Positions 9,988 through 20,296 are shown, counted from the first letter of the stretch. The stretch is DNA of 64,000 nt from an uncultured Gammaproteobacteria bacterium (GCA_963805795.1 CAWDVG010000001.1:612921-676920), one strand, 5' to 3'. The notes: generated by a model from the sequence alone, not told the origin. Made by a program: numbers and translations.

Positions 9988-11283
9988 ATGCAGAAAAATG
10001 AAAAAGCCATTTATATTGTGGATGGGGCAAGAACCCCGTTTACGAAAGCCTTATACAAGCCTAACCCTTTTTCAGCTTCGGATTTGGCCCTTGCCGCTTC
10101 CGGTCCATTATTAGCGCGTCAACCTTTTTCACCCACAGAAATAGAGCAAGTTATTGTGGGTTGTGTGGCACCTTCCGCCTCTGAGGCTAATATTGCACGT
10201 CTAATTGCTTTGCGTTTGGGGACCGGTTTTAAGGTAGGCGCTTATACTGTGCAACGCAATTGTGCTTCAGGTTTACAAGCTATTGATTCAGCTTTCCTTG
10301 AAATGATTGCTGGAAGATATAACTTAACCTTAGTAGGCGGTACGGAATGTATGAGTCGTGCCCCTCTATTATTACAAGATAAAATGATTGCTTGGCTTGG
10401 CAATTTGCGTTCTGCAAAAAGTATTTTTTCAAAATTGGCAGTTCTTGTACAATTTCGGCCCCATTACCTTAAGCCTGTTGTTAGTCTATTAAAAGCCTTA
10501 ACAGATCCCATTGTCTGTTTATCCATGGGGCAAACCGCTGAAATTTTGGCAGATCAATTTAATATCAGTCGACTCGAGATGGATCAATTTGCTATGCGCA
10601 GTCATCAATTGGCCTTGCAAGCACAGAAAAAAGGATATTTTAAAGAAATTAATCCTTTATATGATTGGGCTGGAAATCTAATTGAATTCGACAACGGGAT
10701 TCGGCCTGATAGTTCTATTGAAAAATTAAGTCGTTTACCCGCAGCTTTTGAAAAACCTTTTGGAATCGTTACGGCTGGGAATAGTTCTCAGGTGAGTGAT
10801 GGTGCTGCTTTTGTTATTTTAGCCACTGAAGAAGCGGTGAATAAATACAAATTACCCATATTAGGACGTATAGTCAAAACTGCCTGGGCAGCATTAGATC
10901 CGGCCATCATGGGCTTAGGGCCCGCACATGCCATTGCAAAACTTTTAGAAGAGACCAGACTTTCCCTGAAAGATATCGATTATTTTGAAATTAATGAAGC
11001 TTTTGCCGGCCAGGTATTGGCTTGTCTAAAGGCGGTAGAGGACGAAAACTACTGTCGAACTCAACTGGGCTTGAAGGACGCCTTAGGTGTTATTCCCTTA
11101 GATAAATTAAATGTAGATGGCGGTGCTATTGCGATTGGACACCCTGTAGGTGCCAGTGGCGTTCGCTTGGTTTTGCATTTGTTAAAAATTATGGAAAGAA
11201 ACAATGCAAAAAGAGGTATTGCGAGTTTGTGTATTGGCGGTGGGCAAGGGGGTGCCATCCTATTAGAAAGAGGAGCAATGTAG
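9988..11283 (+). CDS. fadI: Acetyl-CoA C-acyltransferase (3-ketoacyl-CoA thiolase)
   Basis: Thiolase motifs are present: active-site region VQRNCASGLQAI, C-terminal NVDGGAIAIGHPVGASG and CIGGGQG. The thiolase precedes the hydratase/dehydrogenase gene, as in fadIJ. Confidence 0.85.
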   Translation: MQKNEKAIYIVDGARTPFTKALYKPNPFSASDLALAASGPLLARQPFSPTEIEQVIVGCVAPSASEANIARLIALRLGTGFKVGAYTVQRNCASGLQAIDSAFLEMIAGRYNLTLVGGTECMSRAPLLLQDKMIAWLGNLRSAKSIFSKLAVLVQFRPHYLKPVVSLLKALTDPIVCLSMGQTAEILADQFNISRLEMDQFAMRSHQLALQAQKKGYFKEINPLYDWAGNLIEFDNGIRPDSSIEKLSRLPAAFEKPFGIVTAGNSSQVSDGAAFVILATEEAVNKYKLPILGRIVKTAWAALDPAIMGLGPAHAIAKLLEETRLSLKDIDYFEINEAFAGQVLACLKAVEDENYCRTQLGLKDALGVIPLDKLNVDGGAIAIGHPVGASGVRLVLHLLKIMERNNAKRGIASLCIGGGQGGAILLERGAM

Positions 11284-13335
11284 ATGGAACCATTATCATT
11301 ATCAAATTTAACCCATTTAAAGCATTTTTCGCTGCATAAAGACGAACATGATATAGTTTGGTTGACATTCGATCGCAAAAATTCAAGTACCAATACCCTC
11401 AATTTAGAAGTTTTCGCAGAATTCAGAACCATTTTGCAAGCCCTTTCAGAACATCCTAAACCAAAGGGACTCGTTTTCCAATCTGGCAAAAAAAATGGTT
11501 TTCTTGCTGGGGCAGATATAAAACAATTTGAACAATTTGAATCGGAAGAAGAAGCTTTTGAATTAGTTCGTTTGGGTCAAATCATTTTTCAAATGTTAGA
11601 GGATTTACCCTTTCCAACGCTTGCTTTAATCCAGGGATTTTGTTTTGGGGGGGGGTTAGAATTAGCTTTAGCCTGTCGCTATCGCATTGCAGAAGATAAT
11701 CCGCAAACGAGATTAGCTTTACCAGAAGTGATGTTGGGAATTCATCCTGGGTGGGGTGGTACCATACGCTTACCTCGTTTAATTGGATCTCTAAAAGCTT
11801 TTGATTTAATCCTATCGGGTCGTAGTGTCTCTGCAACCGACGCTTTAAAATTGGGTTTAATTGATGCCATACAACCCAGACGCCATTGGCAGAGAGCCGC
11901 AGAATATTATCTATTAAAAGAACCACCTGTTCATAAACCCAAAGGTCTAGATGCTATTAGCAATTGGGCAAAACTGCGACCCATACTTGGGAAATGGATG
12001 CTTAAGAAACTGTCTGCCAAAGTGAATCGAATGCATTATCCTGCCCCTTTCGCTGTCGTTGATCATTTTGTGGAACAGGGTATAGGTAAGGAAGCTTATC
12101 TTGCTGAAGCAAAATCGCTTGCACAATTAATGCTTTCAGAGTCTGCTCGTAATTTAGTGCGGGTTTTTCATCTGAAAGAAAAGTTGAAATCACAAAATCG
12201 TGAGGCAATGTTTAAAATCGACACCATCCATGTTATTGGTGCAGGTGCGATGGGCGGGGATATTGCTGCGTTTGCAGCCTTAAAAGGAATAGCAGTCACT
12301 TTACAAGATCAAAATCCAGCAGCAATTGCCAAAGCTTTAAAAAGAGCCCTAAAATTGTTTCAAAAGCAATTAAAAAAACCGCATTTAGTTCGGGCAGCAA
12401 TGGATAGATTAATGCCCGATAGTGAAGGCTTTGGTATTAAAAGGGCCGATCTCATTATCGAGGCCATTGTCGAAAAAAGTGAAGCAAAACAGGCCTTATT
12501 TTTAGCCTTAGAACAAGAAGCAAAACCAGAAGCTATTTTTGCTACAAATACCTCGACAATACCTTTAGAAATATTGTGTAATCATTTAAAGAAACCCGAA
12601 CGGCTAGTGGGTATCCATTTTTTCAACCCAGTGGCCAAAATGCCTCTCGTTGAAGTCGTAAAAGGGGAGAAAACGGATCCATACACACTAGACTGCGCAA
12701 TGGTTTTTGTGCGAATGTTGGATAAGTTACCCTTAGTTGTAAAAAGTTCAGCTGGATTTCTGGTTAATCGTTTACTGCTGCCTTATTTATTGGAAAGCAT
12801 GTTATTGATTGAAGAGGGTTTGCCTGCACAAGCCATAGATAAAGCAGCGGTTGATTTTGGCATGCCTATGGGCCCTATCGAATTGGCAGATACGGTTGGC
12901 TTAGATATTTGTTTGGATGCTGCTAGAACCTTAACGGATACATTTGGAGGTCGCATACCCGAACAGGTTCGAAGGCTAGTTGAACAAAAACATTTGGGCA
13001 AGAAAACTGGCCAAGGATTTTATCGATATAACAAAGAGGGTAAGGCGATAAAACCAGCCCTTGATCCGAATTATCGTTATCCTGAAGATATTATGGATAG
13101 ATTGATGTTGAGAATCATCAATGAAGGTGTCGCTTGCCTTAGGGAAAAAATTGTGGATGACGCAGATTTTCTAGATGCAGGGATGATTTTTGGTGCAGGA
13201 TTTCCTCCCTTTCGAGGCGGACCTATTCACTATGCACTGGAACAAGGAAAAGTGTTATTATTACAACGTCTGAATTTATTGGTGCAACGATATGGTGATC
13301 GTTTCTTGCCAGATAAGGGTTGGGATAGCATTTAG
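11284..13335 (+). CDS. fadJ: Fatty-acid oxidation complex alpha subunit (enoyl-CoA hydratase / 3-hydroxyacyl-CoA dehydrogenase)
   Basis: The N-terminal crotonase fold (GFLAGADI, GGGLELALACRYR) is followed by the NAD-binding segment VIGAGAMGGDIA and a 3HCDH C-terminal domain. Confidence 0.85.
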   Translation: MEPLSLSNLTHLKHFSLHKDEHDIVWLTFDRKNSSTNTLNLEVFAEFRTILQALSEHPKPKGLVFQSGKKNGFLAGADIKQFEQFESEEEAFELVRLGQIIFQMLEDLPFPTLALIQGFCFGGGLELALACRYRIAEDNPQTRLALPEVMLGIHPGWGGTIRLPRLIGSLKAFDLILSGRSVSATDALKLGLIDAIQPRRHWQRAAEYYLLKEPPVHKPKGLDAISNWAKLRPILGKWMLKKLSAKVNRMHYPAPFAVVDHFVEQGIGKEAYLAEAKSLAQLMLSESARNLVRVFHLKEKLKSQNREAMFKIDTIHVIGAGAMGGDIAAFAALKGIAVTLQDQNPAAIAKALKRALKLFQKQLKKPHLVRAAMDRLMPDSEGFGIKRADLIIEAIVEKSEAKQALFLALEQEAKPEAIFATNTSTIPLEILCNHLKKPERLVGIHFFNPVAKMPLVEVVKGEKTDPYTLDCAMVFVRMLDKLPLVVKSSAGFLVNRLLLPYLLESMLLIEEGLPAQAIDKAAVDFGMPMGPIELADTVGLDICLDAARTLTDTFGGRIPEQVRRLVEQKHLGKKTGQGFYRYNKEGKAIKPALDPNYRYPEDIMDRLMLRIINEGVACLREKIVDDADFLDAGMIFGAGFPPFRGGPIHYALEQGKVLLLQRLNLLVQRYGDRFLPDKGWDSI

Positions 13336-13494
13336 GTTATTCTTTGGAAATGTAGGAACAGTGATAATTTGACAAGTTGTTATTTAGGGTCAATATTATG
13401 ACAGTTGACCATACTCTTCGCGATTGGGATCTGTTTTTTTGCTGTGAGTATAGGCTAATAACCTACTAGGTTTTTATTAAAGGAGTTTTAAGAT

Positions 13495-14811
13495 ATGTCA
13501 CAAAAGAATCGATACAAACAAATTATTCGCTTTTTAGCGACAGGTGCATTGGCTTCCGTTTGTAGTCCGGTGTGGTCTGCTGCCTACCAGCTGATGGAAC
13601 AAAGTGTGACGAATCTAGGAACTGCATATGCCGGCACCGCTTCTTTGGCTGAAGATGCCAGTACGGGTTTTTATAATTCAGCCGGTCTCACTCGCATTTG
13701 TGAAGAACAAATTGCTTTTTCTTTAATTGGTATTAAAACAACAGCAAAAATTAACGCTGCCCGTGCCTTAGATACTTTAGGCAATCCCCTCACCAATCCA
13801 GTGCCGCCGTCCTCTGCTCGCATATTAGGAGATGGTTTATCACCTGGATTACATTATGCATATCGTTTGAGTGATGCCCTTGTGTTTGGCTTAAATGTGG
13901 TCATGCCATTTGGCTTAAAAACCGGCTATCGAAACGATAGCGTTGCGCGTTATTCCTCTACTCGCTCAGAATTACGAACCTATGATATCGCACCTAGTTT
14001 AGCTTATTCATTTTGTAATGGCCTTTCAGTAGGGGGTGGCTTAGATATTATGCATGTTTTTGCACAGTTTGATTCAAGTATCAACGTATTACCTCCTGGG
14101 GTAGGAAATCCACCCTTTTCAGATGGTTTTAGAGAAGATAAAGCTGAAAATTGGGGTTTAGGTGGGCACATCGGTGCTTTATACGAATTTGACGATTGTA
14201 CTCGAATAGGCGCAAATTATCGCTCAGAAGTACAAGTCAGAACGCGAGGCGAATCCATTGAACAATTTTCTGCAACCCTCGCGCCTACTATATCTCATTC
14301 CAATCTACAAGCTTATACCCGCTTGCCTGCGACTGCAGTCATTTCAGGAATACATCAAGTATGCGATTGGGCCATCATGGGCGATATTCAATGGACACAG
14401 TGGAACTGCTTTAAGAGTTTGGTCTTAAGAACCATGGATAGTAATCAAACCTTTATCCAAAATTTTAAAAATAGTTTTCGTTTTGCATTAGGAACGCATT
14501 ATCAATGGGATGATTGCTGGTTATTTCGTGTGGGTACGGCTTATGATCAAACCCCCGTTCGTAATCAATATAGATCAACCCGAATTCCCGATTCCGATCG
14601 CTATTGGCTTGCTATTGGTGGACGCTATACCTTTAATCCTTGCTTACGATTAGATTTCGGTTATTCTCATGTGTTTTTCAGAAATGCAGTGGTGAATGAT
14701 GTTGCGCCGTTATCCACCAATCCTGCATTCCAGGGGCTACAGCAATTGAATGGTACCGTTCGTAGTGCTGCTGATCTGCTAGGTTTGCAACTAACATGGG
14801 ATTTAGCTTAA
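13495..14811 (+). CDS. fadL: Outer-membrane long-chain fatty acid transporter (FadL/OmpP1/TodX family)
   Basis: A signal peptide is followed by the family N-terminal hatch motif (YQLMEQSVTNLGTAYAGTAS) and a beta-barrel-like alternating pattern. It sits next to the fad genes. Confidence 0.8.
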   Translation: MSQKNRYKQIIRFLATGALASVCSPVWSAAYQLMEQSVTNLGTAYAGTASLAEDASTGFYNSAGLTRICEEQIAFSLIGIKTTAKINAARALDTLGNPLTNPVPPSSARILGDGLSPGLHYAYRLSDALVFGLNVVMPFGLKTGYRNDSVARYSSTRSELRTYDIAPSLAYSFCNGLSVGGGLDIMHVFAQFDSSINVLPPGVGNPPFSDGFREDKAENWGLGGHIGALYEFDDCTRIGANYRSEVQVRTRGESIEQFSATLAPTISHSNLQAYTRLPATAVISGIHQVCDWAIMGDIQWTQWNCFKSLVLRTMDSNQTFIQNFKNSFRFALGTHYQWDDCWLFRVGTAYDQTPVRNQYRSTRIPDSDRYWLAIGGRYTFNPCLRLDFGYSHVFFRNAVVNDVAPLSTNPAFQGLQQLNGTVRSAADLLGLQLTWDLA

Positions 14812-14870
14812 CAACTTTTAAAAAAATTAGTGAGAGTAGGGTCTTGTGCTAACTGGTTTCTCATGGTAAA

Positions 14871-14927
14871 ACTATTGTGTTCGTCAGGGACACAATAGTG
14901 GGTTCAAAATAATCTTACTATTGTGGT
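14871..14927. promoter_or_regulatory. Candidate TetR operator: palindrome plus a third half-site
   Basis: ACTATTGTGT (14871-14880) and ACACAATAGT (14890-14899) form a 10-bp-arm palindrome. ACTATTGTGG recurs at 14918-14927, immediately upstream of the tetR start. Confidence 0.4.
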
Positions 14928-14956
14928 GTCTGGGGCTAGCCCCCATAACCTTAACA

Positions 14957-15586
14957 ATGGATTTAAGACCTATGCCACGGAAAACAGATAAACGCGAAAA
15001 ATTGATTGGAGCTGCCAAGGTGTTAATTCACCAACAAGGCTTTAATTTAACAACTCTAGCTGATATTGCCCAGGAAGCAGATGTACCCTTAGGCAATGTT
15101 TATTACTACTTCAAAACCAAAGATGCCATTGGTGAAGCCGTCATTGAAAGACGTGCCGCTGAAATTGCAGAATATTTACGCCATTTGGAAGAGAATTCAG
15201 ACCCAAGAGCTCGTTTAATTTCCTTATTGCATTTCACTACGGAAGAAATGGAACTGACTGCTCGCTTCGGTTGTTCCATTGGTGGTTTATGTCAGGAGCT
15301 TGGCAAACAAGGTGGAACGCTCGCTGATCAAGCTGCTAAGTTATTGCATGACATTCTAAGTTGGTCTGAGGCTCAATTTCGTACTTTAGGGTTTGGTGAA
15401 AAATCCAATGATTTAGCACTCAATTTGGTTTCAAGCATTCAAGGTATGCATTTATTAACCCATACCTTTAAGGATCCAAAATTGACTGTTCGTCAAGTTA
15501 AAATGACTCAGGATTGGTTAGAAAAACTGTCATCTGCTAGTCAAGCAAAATCTGGCTCAACATCCAGAGTGGCTGAAATGGCGTGA
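14957..15586 (+). CDS. TetR/AcrR-family transcriptional regulator
   Basis: N-terminal HTH KREKLIGAAKVLIHQQGFNLTTLADIAQEADVPLGNVYYYFKTKDAI. The start is chosen at the first ATG (14957); ATG 14972 is also possible. Confidence 0.8.
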   Translation: MDLRPMPRKTDKREKLIGAAKVLIHQQGFNLTTLADIAQEADVPLGNVYYYFKTKDAIGEAVIERRAAEIAEYLRHLEENSDPRARLISLLHFTTEEMELTARFGCSIGGLCQELGKQGGTLADQAAKLLHDILSWSEAQFRTLGFGEKSNDLALNLVSSIQGMHLLTHTFKDPKLTVRQVKMTQDWLEKLSSASQAKSGSTSRVAEMA

Positions 15587-15679
15587 TATCCTTTGTTATT
15601 GGATAATGCTTGATCATCCCCGCGAAAGCGGGGATAGCGGCAAGTCAAAGAGTTCGAGTCATAAAGAGTTCAAGTCATT

Positions 15680-16778
15680 ATGTTTGAAACCAATCAAATA
15701 ACCAGCAACATTAAAGATTTTAGGCAGCGCCTGCAAGATCTTCGGAGGACACTTTGACTACGATAGTCAAACTGAACGTCTAGCCGAAGTGTCACGTGAA
15801 CTTGAAGATCAAAGTCTTTGGAACAATCCTCTGCGTGCCCAAACGCTAGGAAGAGAACGGTCAGAATTAGAACGAATCGTTTCTACATTTGATAGTTTAG
15901 AAAATAGCCTGAAAGAAGTGAGTGAATTGTTTGATCTCGCCCTTGAAGAGCAGGATCATAACACCATTTCAGAAGTATTAAATGATATTGATCGTATAAA
16001 AACTAGGTTAGAAACCCTAGAATTTCAGCGTATGTTTCCGAATAAAATGGATCCCAATAATGCTTTTCTTGATGTGCAATCGGGCAGTGGCGGCACAGAA
16101 GCTCAAGATTGGGCAGAAATGTTGTTGCGAATGTATTTACGATGGGGTGAACGACGAAAATTTAAGACGACTCTTTTAGAAGTATCTGGAGGAGAAGTAG
16201 CTGGCATTAAGAGCGCCACTATTAAATTTGAAGGACCCTATGCCTATGGTTGGTTACGTACCGAAACCGGTGTGCATCGATTGGTTCGAAAATCGCCATT
16301 TGATTCTGGTAATCGTCGTCATACATCCTTTGCTTCGGTTTATGTTTATCCAGAAATTGAAGATGATATTGAAATAGAAATTAATCCTGCAGAAATTCGA
16401 GTGGATACCTATCGTGCAAGTGGTGCAGGTGGGCAGCATGTGAACCGGACAGATTCGGCAATACGAATTACGCATTTACCCACGAATACGGTTGTACAAT
16501 GTCAGAGCGATCGTTCACAGCACAAAAATCGGGCATATGCCATGAAGCAATTGCGTGCAAAATTATATGGGCTAGAAGAAAGTAAACGCCGCGCAGAGCT
16601 TAAAGTGTTAGAAGATAGTAAAGCCGATATCGGCTGGGGATCGCAAATCCGCTCTTATGTTTTAGATCAATCACGTATTAAAGATCTTAGAACCGGAGTG
16701 GAGACGACGGATACAACAAAAGTGTTAGATGGCCATATTGATGAATTTATTGAGGCCAGCTTAAAAGAAGGGCTGTAG
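15680..16778 (+). CDS. prfB: Peptide chain release factor 2, with programmed +1 frameshift
   Basis: A short ORF0 ([25 protein letters not shown]) ends at TGA 15755-15757. The +1 frame continues [12 protein letters not shown]... and contains SPF and GGQ ([11 protein letters not shown]). Confidence 0.9.
15741..15758 (+). promoter_or_regulatory. prfB programmed +1 frameshift site
   Basis: An internal SD-like GGAGG is followed by CTT TGA C (CTT 15752-15754, TGA 15755-15757). This is the canonical RF2 autoregulatory site. Confidence 0.85.
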
Positions 16779-16791
16779 AGGGTAATAAGAG

Positions 16792-18333
16792 ATGTCTAAA
16801 ATAAATACAGAAAACGAGCAACCAGATAGCGATAATAAGTTGTCTTCTGAAGCTAAAGACGCTAATGAGCAAATGATGGTTCGTCGTCAAAAATTAAAAG
16901 CTTTACGAGATTTAGGAAAACCCTTTCCAAATGATTTTCGCCCCAAAGATTTGGCACAAACGTTACATGAATTGTATGCAGATAAAACGGCAGAAAGTTT
17001 AGAAGCAAATCCTATTATAGTTTCTCTAGCAGGAAGAATGATGACCCGTCGGGTGATGGGGAAGGCCAGTTTTGTGAACCTTCAAGATAGATCCGGCAAA
17101 ATTCAATTGTATGTCAAAAAAGATTTATTAGCCGAGTCACAATATGAGATGTTCGAAAATTGGGATTTAGGCGATATTTTAGGGGTAAGGGGCCAGGTTT
17201 TTAAAACCAAAACCGGTGAATTGAGTATTAAAGTAATTGAAATAAGATTATTAACCAAAGCTCTAAGACCACTGCCCGATAAATGGCATGGCTTGGCAGA
17301 TCAGGAATTACGGTATCGTCAACGCTATCTAGATCTGATAGTCAATGAACATGTTAGAAAAACTTTTAGGATTCGTTCACGTTTGGTTCAAGGGATTCGC
17401 CAATTTTTTGTGGAGCAAGACTTCTTAGAAGTCGAAACGCCCATGATGCAACCGATACCCGGGGGAGCTACAGCAAAACCCTTTATTACCCATCATAATG
17501 CTTTGGGCATGGATTTATATTTACGCATAGCGCCAGAATTGTATTTAAAACGCTTAGTTGTTGGGGGTTTAGAACGCGTATTTGAAATTAATCGAAATTT
17601 TCGCAACGAGGGATTATCGACGCGTCATAATCCTGAATTTACCATGTTAGAATTTTATCAATCTTATGCCGATGTCACTGACTTTATGAACTTTACAGAA
17701 ACGATGTTAAGAACCGTAGTGCAAAAGGTTCTAGGTTCAACAAAGGTGATTTATCAAGATGTCGAGATTGATTTTGGTAAACCCTTTGATCGACTTACCA
17801 TACAAGAAGCTATTCTAAAATATAACCCACATTTGGTTTTAAAGGATATTCAAGATAAATCCCGCCTGAAAATACTATTGGAAAAAGCGGGCGTCAAATT
17901 TGATGCAAAGTGGGGTTTAGGCCGTTGTCAATTAGAGTTATTTGATATAAGTGTTGAGAGCAAGTTACAACAGCCTACCTACATTACGGAATATCCAACT
18001 GAAATTTCACCCCTAGCCCGTGCAAACGATAATAATCCTGAGATTACAGATAGATGTGAGTTATTTATTGCCGGTCGTGAGTTGGCCAATATTTTTTCTG
18101 AGTTAAACGATGCTGAAGATCAGGCTGCACGCTTTCAGCAACAAGTATTTGATAAAGAATCGGGCGATGAAGAAGCCATGTTTTATGACGCCGATTATAT
18201 TGTGGCTTTAGAACATGGCCTACCGCCCTGCGCTGGCTGTGGAGTCGGCATTGATCGATTGGCGATGGTATTAACCGATTCACCTTCTATTAGGGATGTA
18301 TTGTTGTTTCCTCATATGAGAGCGCAGCAATAG
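16792..18333 (+). CDS. lysS: Lysine--tRNA ligase (class II)
   Basis: Class II LysRS pattern is present ([47 protein letters not shown]). It lies directly downstream of prfB, as in E. coli. Confidence 0.92.
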   Translation: MSKINTENEQPDSDNKLSSEAKDANEQMMVRRQKLKALRDLGKPFPNDFRPKDLAQTLHELYADKTAESLEANPIIVSLAGRMMTRRVMGKASFVNLQDRSGKIQLYVKKDLLAESQYEMFENWDLGDILGVRGQVFKTKTGELSIKVIEIRLLTKALRPLPDKWHGLADQELRYRQRYLDLIVNEHVRKTFRIRSRLVQGIRQFFVEQDFLEVETPMMQPIPGGATAKPFITHHNALGMDLYLRIAPELYLKRLVVGGLERVFEINRNFRNEGLSTRHNPEFTMLEFYQSYADVTDFMNFTETMLRTVVQKVLGSTKVIYQDVEIDFGKPFDRLTIQEAILKYNPHLVLKDIQDKSRLKILLEKAGVKFDAKWGLGRCQLELFDISVESKLQQPTYITEYPTEISPLARANDNNPEITDRCELFIAGRELANIFSELNDAEDQAARFQQQVFDKESGDEEAMFYDADYIVALEHGLPPCAGCGVGIDRLAMVLTDSPSIRDVLLFPHMRAQQ

Positions 18334-18550
18334 GTTAACCGCTAAAATAATTTTTTTGTTTTTATATGAAAATACATTGCGTAAAGTATATGTAAAACCG
18401 AATTTGGTCCAAAAGAGTATTTTTAACGAGAACCTTAGAAGAGGTCTTTTATTCAGGTAGTCTTTGAAATATTGAGATGCAATGAGCAGTAATGTAGAAC
18501 CTAAAAAATAAAAAATGGTATAAGGAAATGAGTAAAATTATTTTTCCAAG

Positions 18551-18841
18551 TTAAGCAGCTTTTATAGGGCTCACATGAATGCGTGAACTGTGCTTTAGCG
18601 TTACCCAAATATCATAATCACGTTGCAGGCTTAACCAAAAACGCATATCCGTTTTGGGCAATAATTTGGATAATCTAAGAGCCATATCTGGACTAATCCC
18701 AGAGTGACCATTAAAAAGTCTAGATAAAGTGGTTCTATTTACACCTAGTTTTTTTGCTGCAGATGTAACCGTAAGATTTGCACCATTTATTAATATATCT
18801 TGTATAATTTCTCCAGGATGCGCGGGATTGTGCATATTCAT
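18551..18841 (-). CDS. higA: HigA-family antitoxin (XRE-type HTH)
   Basis: MNMHNPAHPGEIIQD...LTVTSAAKKLGVNRTTLSRLFNGHSGISPDMALRLSK is the typical HigA/VapI pattern. The ATG at 18841 is preceded by GAGAGGA. Confidence 0.8.
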   Translation of the reverse strand: MNMHNPAHPGEIIQDILINGANLTVTSAAKKLGVNRTTLSRLFNGHSGISPDMALRLSKLLPKTDMRFWLSLQRDYDIWVTLKHSSRIHVSPIKAA

Positions 18842-18852
18842 ATATTTTCCTC

Positions 18853-19000
18853 TCAATGGTAATCTAAATAATCGACTAAAATTGCATCTTCACCTGGAGC
18901 AAGAACTCCAAGTCTTAATGCCTATGGATGAATTGAGCCAATACGTTGCCGATAAAATTGTAAAAGTTTGGCTTTTAGATGGACAATAGGCCTTTATCAT
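18853..19000 (-). pseudogene. higB: Decayed HigB (RelE/ParE-superfamily) toxin remnant
   Basis: The reverse strand reads MIKAY..., then after a frame change HLKAKLLQFYRQRIGSIHP, a stop, then ...APGEDAILVDYLDYH. The terminal stop is at 18853-18855. The HigB N- and C-terminal signatures are present, but only about 50 of about 92 codons remain. Confidence 0.6.
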
Positions 19001-19016
19001 ACTGCATATGGTCGTT

Positions 19017-19985
19017 CTAGGATAGGCGTGAACAGTTACAAATTCTGAGCGGAGTCTCTTCAATGGAACCGATAAAGATGTACTTCGGAATGTCATCGCT
19101 GGAAATAAACTCTTTAGAAATTTCCAGAAGCATTTCTGTAGTATGATTTTCTATTTTTGCTGATGTAATAACAAGGCCAATTTCGGTCTGTTTATTATTA
19201 GCATCTTTTGCATACACCAGAGTACCAGGCAAAATCGTTTCAAGGCCTTCAATGCTCGCGCGAACCATGGTTTTTTTAATATTGCCTCGATATTCCATTC
19301 GGGCAATAATTTCTTGTCCACAATAACAACCCTTGTTAAAACTCACTCCCCCAAGTTTAGGTAACTGAATGTTGTGCGGGAGTAATTGTTCACTTAGCTC
19401 TGGCCATACTTCAGGTAAGCCATCTTGGATATCGGCTAATTTCCAGGATTCAAAGCTTTGCATTTGGGTTTTTGGCAAGTGATTTAAGATGTTTTCCAAT
19501 ACAGCATTAGGCCCAATGACTTGATAACGGTTACTGGAATGTGGGATTTTTATTATTTGTAAGTCAGCATTATCGAAGTTAAGGGTTGATTCTGATAACA
19601 ATGTTTGAATCCTCTTCAATTGAGCATCGAGAAAGGGATTTGCAAGGCCATTCCCCAGATTTATTAATCCTAAGGTTCCTAAAGAAGCACGCTCGTCAGT
19701 TATGCTGACCTTGGAAAATTTGGCGTATTTTTTTAATTCAGCGATAGCAAAATCAATCTGTAGTTTAGGGGCCTGGAGATAGAAGGCGTCATGATATTTG
19801 TAAATTCGAAATAGAGACCTTAGACGGCCTTTTGGGTTGCAATGTCCCCCTAATTGGAAGAGGTCTGTGGAGACTTTTTGAATGTCACAGGTTAATTGGC
19901 CTTGAAGAAAGGTTCCGGCATCTGGACCTGAAACCTTCACAAGACCGTAATATAACCTAAGATCAACATAAATTACTTGTCCCAT
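19017..19985 (-). CDS. ygfZ: Folate-binding tRNA-modification protein YgfZ
   Basis: GPDAGTFLQGQLTCDI and KGCYCGQEIIARMEYRG (the KGC[YF]xGQE signature) are present. It is divergent from sdhE, as in E. coli. Confidence 0.85.
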   Translation of the reverse strand: MGQVIYVDLRLYYGLVKVSGPDAGTFLQGQLTCDIQKVSTDLFQLGGHCNPKGRLRSLFRIYKYHDAFYLQAPKLQIDFAIAELKKYAKFSKVSITDERASLGTLGLINLGNGLANPFLDAQLKRIQTLLSESTLNFDNADLQIIKIPHSSNRYQVIGPNAVLENILNHLPKTQMQSFESWKLADIQDGLPEVWPELSEQLLPHNIQLPKLGGVSFNKGCYCGQEIIARMEYRGNIKKTMVRASIEGLETILPGTLVYAKDANNKQTEIGLVITSAKIENHTTEMLLEISKEFISSDDIPKYIFIGSIEETPLRICNCSRLS

Positions 19986-20035
19986 GATTATACTGTACCA
20001 TAGATTATGGCTGAAAGAGGAGAGGGAGAACGGAA

Positions 20036-20290
20036 ATGGAACATAATCAAATACGTTGGCAATGTCGACGCGGCATGTTGGAATTGGATCTGATACTACT
20101 TAAGTTTTTTGATGGGTATTTTGAGGAACTGACGAATGCCGATCAGCAGTTATTTATTCAGTTGTTACAAGAAGCTGATCAAACACTTTATGGTTGGTTA
20201 ATGGGGCAAACCTTGCCAGAGGATCCAAAATTGGGTCTATTGGTTCAAAATATACTCAAAGCAAATGGATTGGTACGTATACATGCGTGA
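20036..20290 (+). CDS. sdhE: FAD assembly factor SdhE (YgfY)
   Basis: An 84-aa protein with WQCRRGMLELDLIL (the RGxxE motif). Confidence 0.85.
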   Translation: MEHNQIRWQCRRGMLELDLILLKFFDGYFEELTNADQQLFIQLLQEADQTLYGWLMGQTLPEDPKLGLLVQNILKANGLVRIHA

Positions 20291-20296
20291 TTATAC

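Noticed and set aside
11061-11489. 142-aa minus-strand ORF, together with the many other 60-140-aa ORFs in the track that lie inside or antisense to strongly supported genes (for example 2044..2250, 12783..13001, 28034..28246, 29003..29440, 42796..43199, 44164..44814, 55799..56173).
   Set aside because: They are fully overlapped by genes with clear homology and have low-complexity or implausible sequences. They are treated as spurious.
13369-13399. Possible sigma-70 promoter for fadL (TTGACA ... TATTAT).
   Set aside because: The spacer is 19 nt, outside the optimal 16-18 nt range, and AT-rich DNA yields many such hexamers. The evidence is not strong enough to list as a feature.
18334-18350. 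The GGTTAACC palindrome after lysS could be a terminator.
   Set aside because: It is a self-complementary 8-mer with no loop, so it cannot form a stable hairpin. The following T-run alone is not a terminator.
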